IMG/VR virus record: IMGVR_UViG_3300042923_000607
Coordinates: 32,001 to 96,000 of that record
Reading direction: 5' to 3' (one strand)
From: a virus
DNA length: 64,000 nt
The notes beneath the pieces are model-generated. The model saw only the letters and a list, made by a program, of their open reading frames with translations, did not search any database and was not told the origin of the DNA. Below, piece by piece: positions 10,034 to 18,797 of this stretch (position 1 is the first letter of the stretch; the number at the start of each line of letters is the position of its first letter). The position numbers and the translations under genes are program-made.

Positions 10034-10094
10034 TGCAGTATAGCTTAAAGGTAAAGCGAATTTATATATGGTATATCAAAAATACCTACTGCAC
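10034..10094 (+). ncRNA. tRNA-like RNA lacking an anticodon arm
   Basis: acceptor TGCAGTA/TACTGCA, D arm GCTT-AAAGGTA-AAGC, T arm GGTAT-ATCAAAA-ATACC; only 12 nt between D and T arms. Confidence 0.6.
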
Positions 10095-10137
10095 TCTCCT
10101 ATTCGGGGTAAAATTACAATGAAAGAAGGAAATAAGT

Positions 10138-10308
10138 ATTTTAGTAATTAAGCAGCATGAAGCAAAATATTTGAGAAGTCAGGGAGTTTTTGTCCCAATG
10201 TATAACAAAACAAAGAGTTCCAGGGGAAAGAAATATTTATTGATTGAAAGCCGAGAAAACATTGCGCTATTGGAGCAATATCGCAAGAAAATCAGGAATA
10301 ACAAATAA
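10138..10308 (+). CDS. small basic hypothetical protein (ATT start, not in track)
   Basis: SD GAAGGA, open frame ILVIKQHEAKYLRSQG... Confidence 0.5.
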   Translation: MLVIKQHEAKYLRSQGVFVPMYNKTKSSRGKKYLLIESRENIALLEQYRKKIRNNK

Positions 10309-10318
10309 AACATGAAAG

Positions 10319-11773
10319 ATGGTGGACACTATTGCCAAGAAAGATAATAAAGTAAGTATAGAAATTATAGGTGGCAATGCAGAAAGTGTAACTGGTAGTT
10401 GTTCAATTATAAAACATAACGGATATACCTCGATATTTGAACTTGGTATGATTCAAGACGGTAAAACAGTAAAAGAAAATTATGATCTAAATAAAAAATT
10501 GATTTCTAATATAAAAAATAAAACAGAAATAAAATATATATTCATTGGTCACGGGCATTCTGATCACATCGGAAACATTCCCGCTCTTTATAAATATGAT
10601 TGCAACGCAAGGATAATAGTCCCAAAAGGAAGTTCCAGAATTTTAAAAGAGATGTGGCTAGATTCTAGTTATATAAACCAGCGAGATTGTGAGTATCTTA
10701 CAGATAAATTTGAAAAATTATATGAGCCTTTATATGGGGACACTGAAGTTTTAGACGCATTGTCTCATGTAGATGAATACGATTTTGATGAAATAATTGA
10801 GTTAGACGAATATCTAAAATTTAGATTCATACATGCTGGACATATTCTTTTTTCAGCTCAAACAGAATTGTTCATATCGGTTAATAATTCCACAAAGAAG
10901 ATACTATTCACTTCTGACTTAGGAAATATAAAACTGAATAATAATAAAGTATTTGTTGAGAATTTTGTTCCGATTACAAAGTGCAATATAGTGATAGGAG
11001 AAGCTACATACTCTTCTAGTTCAAGATCAATGAATAAGAAAGATCTTCAGAATGATTTAAATAAAATAAAGTCTGTTATAACTCAATATTGTGTAGATAA
11101 CAAAAAGATTGTAGTAATACCTACTTTTAGCCTGGACAGGCTTCCATATATGTTGTGGATATTATTTTCTCTATTTGGAGAAGACAAAACGTTCTCAGTT
11201 CCAATTGTCGTTGACAGCCCATTATCAATAAGACTTCTTAATGCATATTCAGAATCTCTTACTGGGGAAGCAAAAGAAAAGTTTGACGAGATGATGAATT
11301 GGAGCAATTTGAAATTCTCGTACACACCAGAAGAAAGTAAATCATTGCTGGCGGATGGTAAGTCAAAGTGTGTACTCAGTTCTAGTGGAATGTTGCAGGC
11401 TGGAAGATCTGTAAAATGGGTTCAACATGTTTTGCCCAATCCAGACGACTGTATTTTATTTATCGGATTTTCTACCACGAATACGCTAGCCTATAAAATA
11501 AAGCACGGTAAAGAGCAGAAAACTATAACAATCAATGGTAAAGTTGTTAAAAATAGGGCGGCGATTGTTGACCTTCATTCGTTTAGTTCTCACATGCAGC
11601 ACGATGATTTGTTAAACTACTACTCTTCTATTAATTGCGAAAAAATATATCTTGTTCATTCTAATCAGGATGATAAAATCCAATTTAAAAAAGAGTTAGA
11701 AAAAGTAATAAGTGATAAATGCAAGACTACTAAGGTTGTAGCCGTTAATAAGAGTACGATAATTAACTTATAA
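10319..11773 (+). CDS. MBL-fold metallo-hydrolase, beta-CASP ribonuclease family
   Basis: HGHSDHIG, AGHILFS, TSDLG, SSSGMLQAGRS, FSSH, LVH motifs. Confidence 0.9.
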   Translation: MVDTIAKKDNKVSIEIIGGNAESVTGSCSIIKHNGYTSIFELGMIQDGKTVKENYDLNKKLISNIKNKTEIKYIFIGHGHSDHIGNIPALYKYDCNARIIVPKGSSRILKEMWLDSSYINQRDCEYLTDKFEKLYEPLYGDTEVLDALSHVDEYDFDEIIELDEYLKFRFIHAGHILFSAQTELFISVNNSTKKILFTSDLGNIKLNNNKVFVENFVPITKCNIVIGEATYSSSSRSMNKKDLQNDLNKIKSVITQYCVDNKKIVVIPTFSLDRLPYMLWILFSLFGEDKTFSVPIVVDSPLSIRLLNAYSESLTGEAKEKFDEMMNWSNLKFSYTPEESKSLLADGKSKCVLSSSGMLQAGRSVKWVQHVLPNPDDCILFIGFSTTNTLAYKIKHGKEQKTITINGKVVKNRAAIVDLHSFSSHMQHDDLLNYYSSINCEKIYLVHSNQDDKIQFKKELEKVISDKCKTTKVVAVNKSTIINL

Positions 11774-11866
11774 TTTTTTTATTGCTTAAATGACTATATT
11801 TATCCAATTTAATAATACATCAACTATTAACCATTGTCAAATAAAAAATGAAGGGATTGGTGACTT

Positions 11867-12829
11867 ATAAATTATCAAGAAATAAAAGAATTAGTAGAGG
11901 GGAAATTAGTTAATAAAAAAATAAATACGCCATTTGAAGAATTAAGCGAGATGTTGTTTGGTGAGGGAAATTGCTTTAACGAATCAGAAGTTAGAAAGAG
12001 AATGTACGGAATGAAACGACTAATAGAAATAATAGAGTCCGACAACTCTTTCCATACAATAGACGCTAGAATATTATCAATATCTGATTTACATGTACCA
12101 TATCAATTACCAATTGAAACATACAGTAATTATGTCGGTAAGGTTGATATATTGCAAATTAATGGAGACGTTGGTGATTGTCAAAGCATAAGTAAATTTC
12201 CAAAAGCTTATAGGGTTAGTCCCATGGAAGAACTGATTGAAACCAGACAGCATTTAATTGATTTAATAGAATATATAAAACCTAAAAAAGTCATTGTTAC
12301 ATATGGAAATCATGATATGAGATTTCAGAGCTATTTTGCTAAAAATTTAGACACTGACTTGTTAGAACTGATGCCCAAAACTTCTCTTGAATTGATTTTG
12401 GTAGATGGCTTTAAACACTACAATAAAAGGGAACGTGCAAAAATCGAGTATAAACCCTTGGTTGATGTTTTTGATGACGTAGAAATCGAATATACCGACA
12501 ATTGGTTCTGTCAAATCGGAGAAACTATTTTCTGTCATCCCACAGCATATTCAAGCGGAATATTAAAGACCGCTGAAAAGGCTATGATGTGGTTTAGAAA
12601 CGAAGGATGTCAGTTCAAATCACTGGTTATGGCTCATACTCATAGGATTGGACAGTATAGCATTGGGAATACGACAATCTACGAACAGGGATGTTGTTGC
12701 GACGTAAAAAAGGTGCACTATTCCGATGGTCTACTGGTAAACAGTCAAAAAGAAGGATTTATTTATATATGCCAAGATAAAGAAGGTAATATACTAAAAG
12801 ATCATACTAGACTTGAAGTATTAAATTAG
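11867..12829 (+). CDS. calcineurin-like metallophosphoesterase (possible ATA start upstream of 11951)
   Basis: SDLHVP, NGDVGD, YGNHD, MAHTH motifs. Confidence 0.85.
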   Translation: MNYQEIKELVEGKLVNKKINTPFEELSEMLFGEGNCFNESEVRKRMYGMKRLIEIIESDNSFHTIDARILSISDLHVPYQLPIETYSNYVGKVDILQINGDVGDCQSISKFPKAYRVSPMEELIETRQHLIDLIEYIKPKKVIVTYGNHDMRFQSYFAKNLDTDLLELMPKTSLELILVDGFKHYNKRERAKIEYKPLVDVFDDVEIEYTDNWFCQIGETIFCHPTAYSSGILKTAEKAMMWFRNEGCQFKSLVMAHTHRIGQYSIGNTTIYEQGCCCDVKKVHYSDGLLVNSQKEGFIYICQDKEGNILKDHTRLEVLN

Positions 12830-12839
12830 AGGTAAACTT

Positions 12840-13295
12840 ATGGACATAGAATTCGAATACAAAGTAGTTACATATGACTCAGTGATGAGTGTTTTATCGG
12901 ACGCACTCTCCGCTCTTGACTATAAAGACAGAGAAAACATGAAGAATGAGGAAGAATATACCAACGTTTCGATTGTTTCTTATAGTGAAGTTATTGAAGA
13001 GTTATTAAAAGATATCTGCTTATTTGCTTCAGTTAATGACATAGATGTTGTTATTGATTTTATTGATTTTGACACGGCGGATTATGAAGACGTTTATGTG
13101 GCTTCAATAATTATGCAAGATGGAGAAATGCATTTTAATATTGAAAAAGCATTATATGATGATGAAAAATATAAAGAAATCATTTGTCACAAATTGTATC
13201 TCGATGCGGATAGTGATGAAGATTTAATCTCTTCTGCGTTTACTTATGAATCCGACGTGGAGTATTTCATGATTGACGAGTCAGAAGAAGAATAA
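12840..13295 (+). CDS. acidic hypothetical protein
   Basis: 151 aa, D/E rich, SD GAGGT. Confidence 0.75.
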   Translation: MDIEFEYKVVTYDSVMSVLSDALSALDYKDRENMKNEEEYTNVSIVSYSEVIEELLKDICLFASVNDIDVVIDFIDFDTADYEDVYVASIIMQDGEMHFNIEKALYDDEKYKEIICHKLYLDADSDEDLISSAFTYESDVEYFMIDESEEE

Positions 13296-13401
13296 AATAC
13301 AGTTTTTATATTGATATATCTAGGGAACCGGGTGCCACAGCTCGGTTCTTTATTATTGTACTACTCTCCTACCGTAGTGCAAATTAATTATATGAAAGGA
13401 C

Positions 13402-14493
13402 GTGTTTATAATCGGTCGTAAACCAAAGGTTGCAGAAGCAACAGATAATTTTGATGATTCTCATTCTTATAAATGTTTAAGATGTGGTGCTGAACACGAG
13501 AATCCGATTAAGAAGTTTTATAAAATTCAGTGGTCTGAACTATGGCTAAAAAATGATAGGTATGCGCCATATTGTATTGAATGTATAAACGAAATGTTTT
13601 CATCTTATGAAAAGAAATATGGAACTGAAACCGCATGTAAATTAATGTGCTATAAACTTGATATTCCTTATTATTATTCATTATTTTCGAGTATAACAAA
13701 GAATAATAATAATTTTAGTATGGGGTTAATGTTACGCCAAATGAATGGGAGACAATATCAATATCAGGATTTTTCCCAATCGATTTTAAACGGTGAACTG
13801 GGCAAAAACAATTTGGATCACGAAAAAGATAAAGAAATCAAGTGGTCGAAAACAGATCAGGAACATAGAGATTATTCAATTGAAGTGTTAGAGTATGATC
13901 CTTTTGAGGGATACCCGGAAGAAGATAGAAAATTTTTATTTAATCAGCTATTTCCATATCTTGAAGATGAAGACATAGTGGATGACAAGTATAAATTATC
14001 TCAGCTATTACAGATAGTAGACAATAACAAACAAATCAGGCAATGTGATATGAAAATTGCAAATCTAGACCCAATTAAGGATGCTACAGACATTAAAACC
14101 TTACAGCAAATCAAAAAGGCACTAGTTGATGCTAATGATAAGATTGCAAAAGAAAACGAGATATCTGTAAAGAATCGCTCAAACAAAGAAGTGGGAAAAT
14201 CCACCTTAACTTATTTAATGAGAAAATTACGTGAAGACAACTTTGATAAAGCTGAGGCGGATTATTATGATCAGCTCAAAGGCGAAGGAACTTTGTGGGC
14301 GATTGAGATGTCAAATAAGGCAATTCTACAAAACGGAATGTTTGATGAGAATGATAAAAAAGAAGTATACGAGATTCAATTACAACTAATAAATGACTTA
14401 AATACAGAACTAGATGATAAAAAAGAACAGGTCAGACTTTTGCTTAAAGAGATTGATTTATTAAAGGCTGGTGATACAATTGGCTCGCCATAA
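13402..14493 (+). CDS. Zn-finger protein, putative terminase small subunit
   Basis: CLRC...CIEC, coiled C-terminus, overlaps the large terminase start. Confidence 0.6.
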   Translation: MFIIGRKPKVAEATDNFDDSHSYKCLRCGAEHENPIKKFYKIQWSELWLKNDRYAPYCIECINEMFSSYEKKYGTETACKLMCYKLDIPYYYSLFSSITKNNNNFSMGLMLRQMNGRQYQYQDFSQSILNGELGKNNLDHEKDKEIKWSKTDQEHRDYSIEVLEYDPFEGYPEEDRKFLFNQLFPYLEDEDIVDDKYKLSQLLQIVDNNKQIRQCDMKIANLDPIKDATDIKTLQQIKKALVDANDKIAKENEISVKNRSNKEVGKSTLTYLMRKLREDNFDKAEADYYDQLKGEGTLWAIEMSNKAILQNGMFDENDKKEVYEIQLQLINDLNTELDDKKEQVRLLLKEIDLLKAGDTIGSP

Positions 14494-16366
14494 ATTAATG
14501 TCTGAGAGAAAAAGAAAAATATGCGAACTTGATTCTAAATCTATTGCTTTTTACAGAAGAAATCCCTGTCTTGCATGTGAGGATCTTTTAGGGATAAAAC
14601 TAATTGATAGTCAGAAATATATTTTACAACAAAGTTGGAATAAGCCACATGTTCTTTGGTGTTGTAGTCGAAACTTTGGCAAATCATTTTTAGGTGCAGT
14701 TTTTATGATATTAAAGGCTGTTCTTTATGAAAATCAAGCTATATATATTGTTTCTAGCGTAGGAGATCAAAGTAAGGAGACATTTACCAAGATTGAAGAG
14801 ATAGTTTTACGTATAGGTAAAACGGCGGCTTCAATAGATAGTTTACAAGATATAATCGATAAGGAAACCGTAAAATCTGCTAATAATAAAACTGGGTTCA
14901 GTCACCCACAAGCTGGATATCATGTATCGTTTTATAATGGTAGCGAAATTATTACATTAAATGGTAATCCTGACAATAATAGAAGTAGACGTGCAACTAT
15001 GGTATTTTTTGATGAAGCTGCATTCTCTTCTGATGAGTTAATAGCAGTTTGCGAAGCTTTTGCTACTCAAAATACAGAATTTAAAACTTCTACTAAAGAA
15101 GGATTTAACCCTGATACTCTTAAAAGAAAATGTCCTACTCAACTTGTTTATGCATCCTCTCAGGATGATATGAGCAAAGTATTTTATAAACATTATAAGA
15201 ACTTTTCAAAGAGAATGATGGCTGGAGATAGAAATTATTTTGTTGCAGATATGATTTGTGATACTGCCATTCGCACATTCATGAATGGAAGGCCGTACAC
15301 TGCATTATTGACACAAGCAAAAGTTGACGCTGCAATGAAAGCGAACAGAGATAAGGCATTAAGAGAATATTATAATCAACCAACTAGAGATGGTGGAGTA
15401 AATCAGATTGTAAAATGGGGTGTAATACGTAGGAATGAATCATTTTATTTGCCAGAGCTAGAATATAAAAAAGGTGGAAGATATGCTTTGGCTCTTGACC
15501 CTGCTCGTACTAAGGATAATTCAATATTGAGCGCCATGAGAATAAAATATGACGAAAATATCGGATACTACGGAGAGTTTGTTAATAGTATAAATTTTGT
15601 AGATGTCTCAAGTAAAAAAGGTTACAAATTGGATTCTAACAGACAGATCGAAGAAATAAGGAAAAACATATTGGCTTACAACGGAAAAACTGCGGATTAT
15701 GCAAATATAGATGCAATATTAGTCGACCAAGGTTCTGGTGGAGGAGGTACTTCTACATACGCTGATACATTATTAAATGATTGGGTTGATGAAAATGGTA
15801 TTTCTCATAGGGGATTAATAGATGCTAATCATGAAATATATGCGGGGTACACTAGCCTGTATCCAAACGCAGTAGATAAGTTAAGACTGATAAATCCCAA
15901 AAAATTTAGAACCCAAATGGTTGATGAATTTATAGAATTAATAGGATTGGGAGTGTTAAAATTCCCCTATGAATTTAAAAATGACGTTATTTCATTTACT
16001 CATCAAGTGGACGAGGACAACGAGGAACTTATAAAGTATTCGTTGTCAGATGATGAGATAATGTCGTTAATGAGTTTAGATGTTATGAAAAACGAAATAA
16101 CATCTATTTACAAATTTGAAAATCCTGAAAAAACAACCAAATCTTATGCACTACCCAAAGACAAAGAAAATAGAATGCATGACGATAGGTTTTATACCGC
16201 AATCATGCTTGCTCATCATTTATATGAATTAAGAAGAGGAGAAATAATTACTAATTCAAAGCCAAACAACTCACTAGAGAATTTCGTTAAAAATTTTAAT
16301 AATTCTAATGTCTCATCTTCTACCGCTTTTAAAAAAGACAGCCTATATAAAAAAATATTCCGTTAG
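14480..16366 (+). CDS. terL: terminase large subunit
   Basis: SRNFGKS Walker A, VFFDEAAF Walker B, LALDPAR and HDDRF nuclease motifs. Confidence 0.92.
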   Translation: MARHKLMSERKRKICELDSKSIAFYRRNPCLACEDLLGIKLIDSQKYILQQSWNKPHVLWCCSRNFGKSFLGAVFMILKAVLYENQAIYIVSSVGDQSKETFTKIEEIVLRIGKTAASIDSLQDIIDKETVKSANNKTGFSHPQAGYHVSFYNGSEIITLNGNPDNNRSRRATMVFFDEAAFSSDELIAVCEAFATQNTEFKTSTKEGFNPDTLKRKCPTQLVYASSQDDMSKVFYKHYKNFSKRMMAGDRNYFVADMICDTAIRTFMNGRPYTALLTQAKVDAAMKANRDKALREYYNQPTRDGGVNQIVKWGVIRRNESFYLPELEYKKGGRYALALDPARTKDNSILSAMRIKYDENIGYYGEFVNSINFVDVSSKKGYKLDSNRQIEEIRKNILAYNGKTADYANIDAILVDQGSGGGGTSTYADTLLNDWVDENGISHRGLIDANHEIYAGYTSLYPNAVDKLRLINPKKFRTQMVDEFIELIGLGVLKFPYEFKNDVISFTHQVDEDNEELIKYSLSDDEIMSLMSLDVMKNEITSIYKFENPEKTTKSYALPKDKENRMHDDRFYTAIMLAHHLYELRRGEIITNSKPNNSLENFVKNFNNSNVSSSTAFKKDSLYKKIFR

Positions 16367-16383
16367 AGAGGAGGTAGTAAATA

Positions 16384-18021
16384 TTGTCTGAAGTAAATAA
16401 TCAGCCAAAAAAGCGCGGACGCCCACCAAAAGAAAAAATGGCAACCCCAGAACAGTTGTCTCAAATACAAGAGGCACTTGGAGAACCTCTGGAAACATAT
16501 ATAAAAAATATATATGATGAATATAAACTTCAAATATTCGCAAATAATTTAAATCGTTCTGTTAAACAGCTAGAAAAACTTACTACCGAATCCTCTGGGA
16601 ACGGCAAATATCAACCAATATACAGCGAAGAACTATTGCAAGAAATAAATATTAACCCTAGAGTTGCTAGCTCTGAAGAAATAAGTAATTGGTTATTGAA
16701 TCCTCAAAATCACGACATGGAACTTAGACATCTGAGTCAGTACTTATCATATGCGGTTGGACAATACAATAGAACTCTATGGTATCTAAACACCATTAAA
16801 TCCTATAACTACTCTCCTAAATTCCCATATTGTAGCCCATTAGAGGAAAATAGCAAAGAATATCAGGACGACTGGGAAGTTTATTTAAAGACATTGCAAA
16901 AGATGAATCTTAAATACAACATCTCGAAGATAGATTTACAAGTTCAATATGATGGAGTCTTAGCCGTCTACATAGTAGAAACTAATGATACGATTAGTTT
17001 ACATCACATACCTACTGATTATATTTATATTACGGCTCCTTGGACTTTCGGATATACATTTGCCATTGATTTGACTTATTTTGATAGGTTTGCAATGTTA
17101 GATGACCAAGTTCCAGAATTAGTTGCGGCATATCAGTTATTTGTGGAAAAACGTAAAGCTTTATACAAAGGAGAAAAACTCGCTCCTTATCAGTATTATC
17201 AGGTTCCACCGAATAAAGGATGGGTCTTTACTTTCGACCCGATTCACCCTGACAAAGTTCCTCCTTTAACAAGCTCCATGCAGTCTTCTATTGATATTCT
17301 TAGCTATAAAGAACTTCTAAAAAATAAATTAGCCTTGGATTTATACAAGGTTATCGCCATGAGAATTCCATTAGATAAAGATAATAAAAATATGGCGATA
17401 ACTTATGATTTGGCTACGGAGATAACCCAAGTTATTCAATCACAGTTGCCAGATAACATGCGAGTATTTTCTGCCCCATTTGATAGTACTCCAATTGTCA
17501 CGGATCAAACAAATAGGTTTAAAGAAATAATAGATATTTCCAATGACAGCTTTTCTACTAGTACTGGTATTAATCAAGCGGTTTTAGGAAGCAGCGAAGC
17601 TAAACAGGGAACCGCATTACAAATGTCTCAAAGAGTTGACTTTGCTTATGTGAGTACTCATATGTATAACCAATATAACAACTTCGTAAATTATCAAATA
17701 GCAATACGGACTAAAAAATATCGGTTTGGAGTTAAATTTTTCGGAAATAAAATTGAAGAACAGAAAGAACTTGAAATGTATTCTGCTCTTGTACGTAATA
17801 ACAATACAGGCGTTTTTGAATTGTTTGGAGCTATGGGGAGAGAACCATTTGAAATAGAGAGTAGCCTAAGACATGAAAACAGAATAAAAACTCTAATGAT
17901 CCCGATTGTGTCGGCTTTTAATACTAAAGCATCAGATTCTGGAAGAACTCAGAAAAATGAAAGTGATTTAGCTGATGGAGGTAATAACACGAGGGATTAT
18001 GAAAGTAATGAAAACAGGTGA
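16384..18021 (+). CDS. portal protein
   Basis: 545 aa directly after TerL; SPbeta-like head gene order. Confidence 0.75.
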   Translation: MSEVNNQPKKRGRPPKEKMATPEQLSQIQEALGEPLETYIKNIYDEYKLQIFANNLNRSVKQLEKLTTESSGNGKYQPIYSEELLQEININPRVASSEEISNWLLNPQNHDMELRHLSQYLSYAVGQYNRTLWYLNTIKSYNYSPKFPYCSPLEENSKEYQDDWEVYLKTLQKMNLKYNISKIDLQVQYDGVLAVYIVETNDTISLHHIPTDYIYITAPWTFGYTFAIDLTYFDRFAMLDDQVPELVAAYQLFVEKRKALYKGEKLAPYQYYQVPPNKGWVFTFDPIHPDKVPPLTSSMQSSIDILSYKELLKNKLALDLYKVIAMRIPLDKDNKNMAITYDLATEITQVIQSQLPDNMRVFSAPFDSTPIVTDQTNRFKEIIDISNDSFSTSTGINQAVLGSSEAKQGTALQMSQRVDFAYVSTHMYNQYNNFVNYQIAIRTKKYRFGVKFFGNKIEEQKELEMYSALVRNNNTGVFELFGAMGREPFEIESSLRHENRIKTLMIPIVSAFNTKASDSGRTQKNESDLADGGNNTRDYESNENR

Positions 18022-18046
18022 AAAACTATGAAAGGTGGTGATTAAA

Positions 18047-18565
18047 ATGCTAATAAGCCCCAAGACGAATGATCAATTGAACTTGATTATTCAGAAATTC
18101 TTCGGATTAAACAGAATCATGGATAGAATCGTATCTGTAATGAGCGTTGATTTTGCATGTGTTGATTCGTCAAAGATACTACACATGCAATTCGCCCATA
18201 AATTCCCTTTACTTGCGGATCAAATATCAGAAATCCAAGATTCTTTTAATGTAAAAACCGACTATTTAGAGACTCCACGCGATGGCTCTGACTACTCTTC
18301 TCTTTTAGAAATCTTTCAAAAGGTTCTTGATAATGTATTAGAGGCTAATGATTTAATCACTGGGGCTATAGAAATATGTATTGAAGAAGGCGATTATAAC
18401 GTTAAATCAAGTCTAGAATCATTTTTGTCTCAAACTTATATCCAATATATAAAACAAGCAATTATATTACGAGACAAGGCAAAAATGTATGGTGACGACA
18501 TTATTAGATTTGATAAGGATTTGCACATGTTCTTTATTTTGGACAGGGCTGGAAGCGGTGACTAA
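18047..18565 (+). CDS. ferritin/Dps-like four-helix bundle protein
   Basis: LH..FAH....LADQISE...AIEICIEEGDYNVKSSLE pattern. Confidence 0.6.
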   Translation: MLISPKTNDQLNLIIQKFFGLNRIMDRIVSVMSVDFACVDSSKILHMQFAHKFPLLADQISEIQDSFNVKTDYLETPRDGSDYSSLLEIFQKVLDNVLEANDLITGAIEICIEEGDYNVKSSLESFLSQTYIQYIKQAIILRDKAKMYGDDIIRFDKDLHMFFILDRAGSGD

Positions 18566-18566
18566 T

Positions 18567-18797
18567 ATGAAAATAATCAATATCGAGGACAGCACCAAAA
18601 AAGAAGAATTATATTATTGTGGAAGTCTAAATTTAAAAAGATTTCTTGAAAAGAATGGATTAGTACATATTTCGTCTTACACAAAAAATAAAACACATAA
18701 AAACATCTATATCTATATTAAATCAAAGAAGCTAGAAGAACTCCTTACGGTATGGTCTAACAATAAAGGGAAAGGAGGTGCAGAAGGTGGAAAATGA
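18567..18797 (+). CDS. small hypothetical protein (DUF5659-like)
   Basis: YYCGSLNLKRFLEKNG...LEELLTVW; resembles the 27759 ORF. Confidence 0.55.
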   Translation: MKIINIEDSTKKEELYYCGSLNLKRFLEKNGLVHISSYTKNKTHKNIYIYIKSKKLEELLTVWSNNKGKGGAEGGK

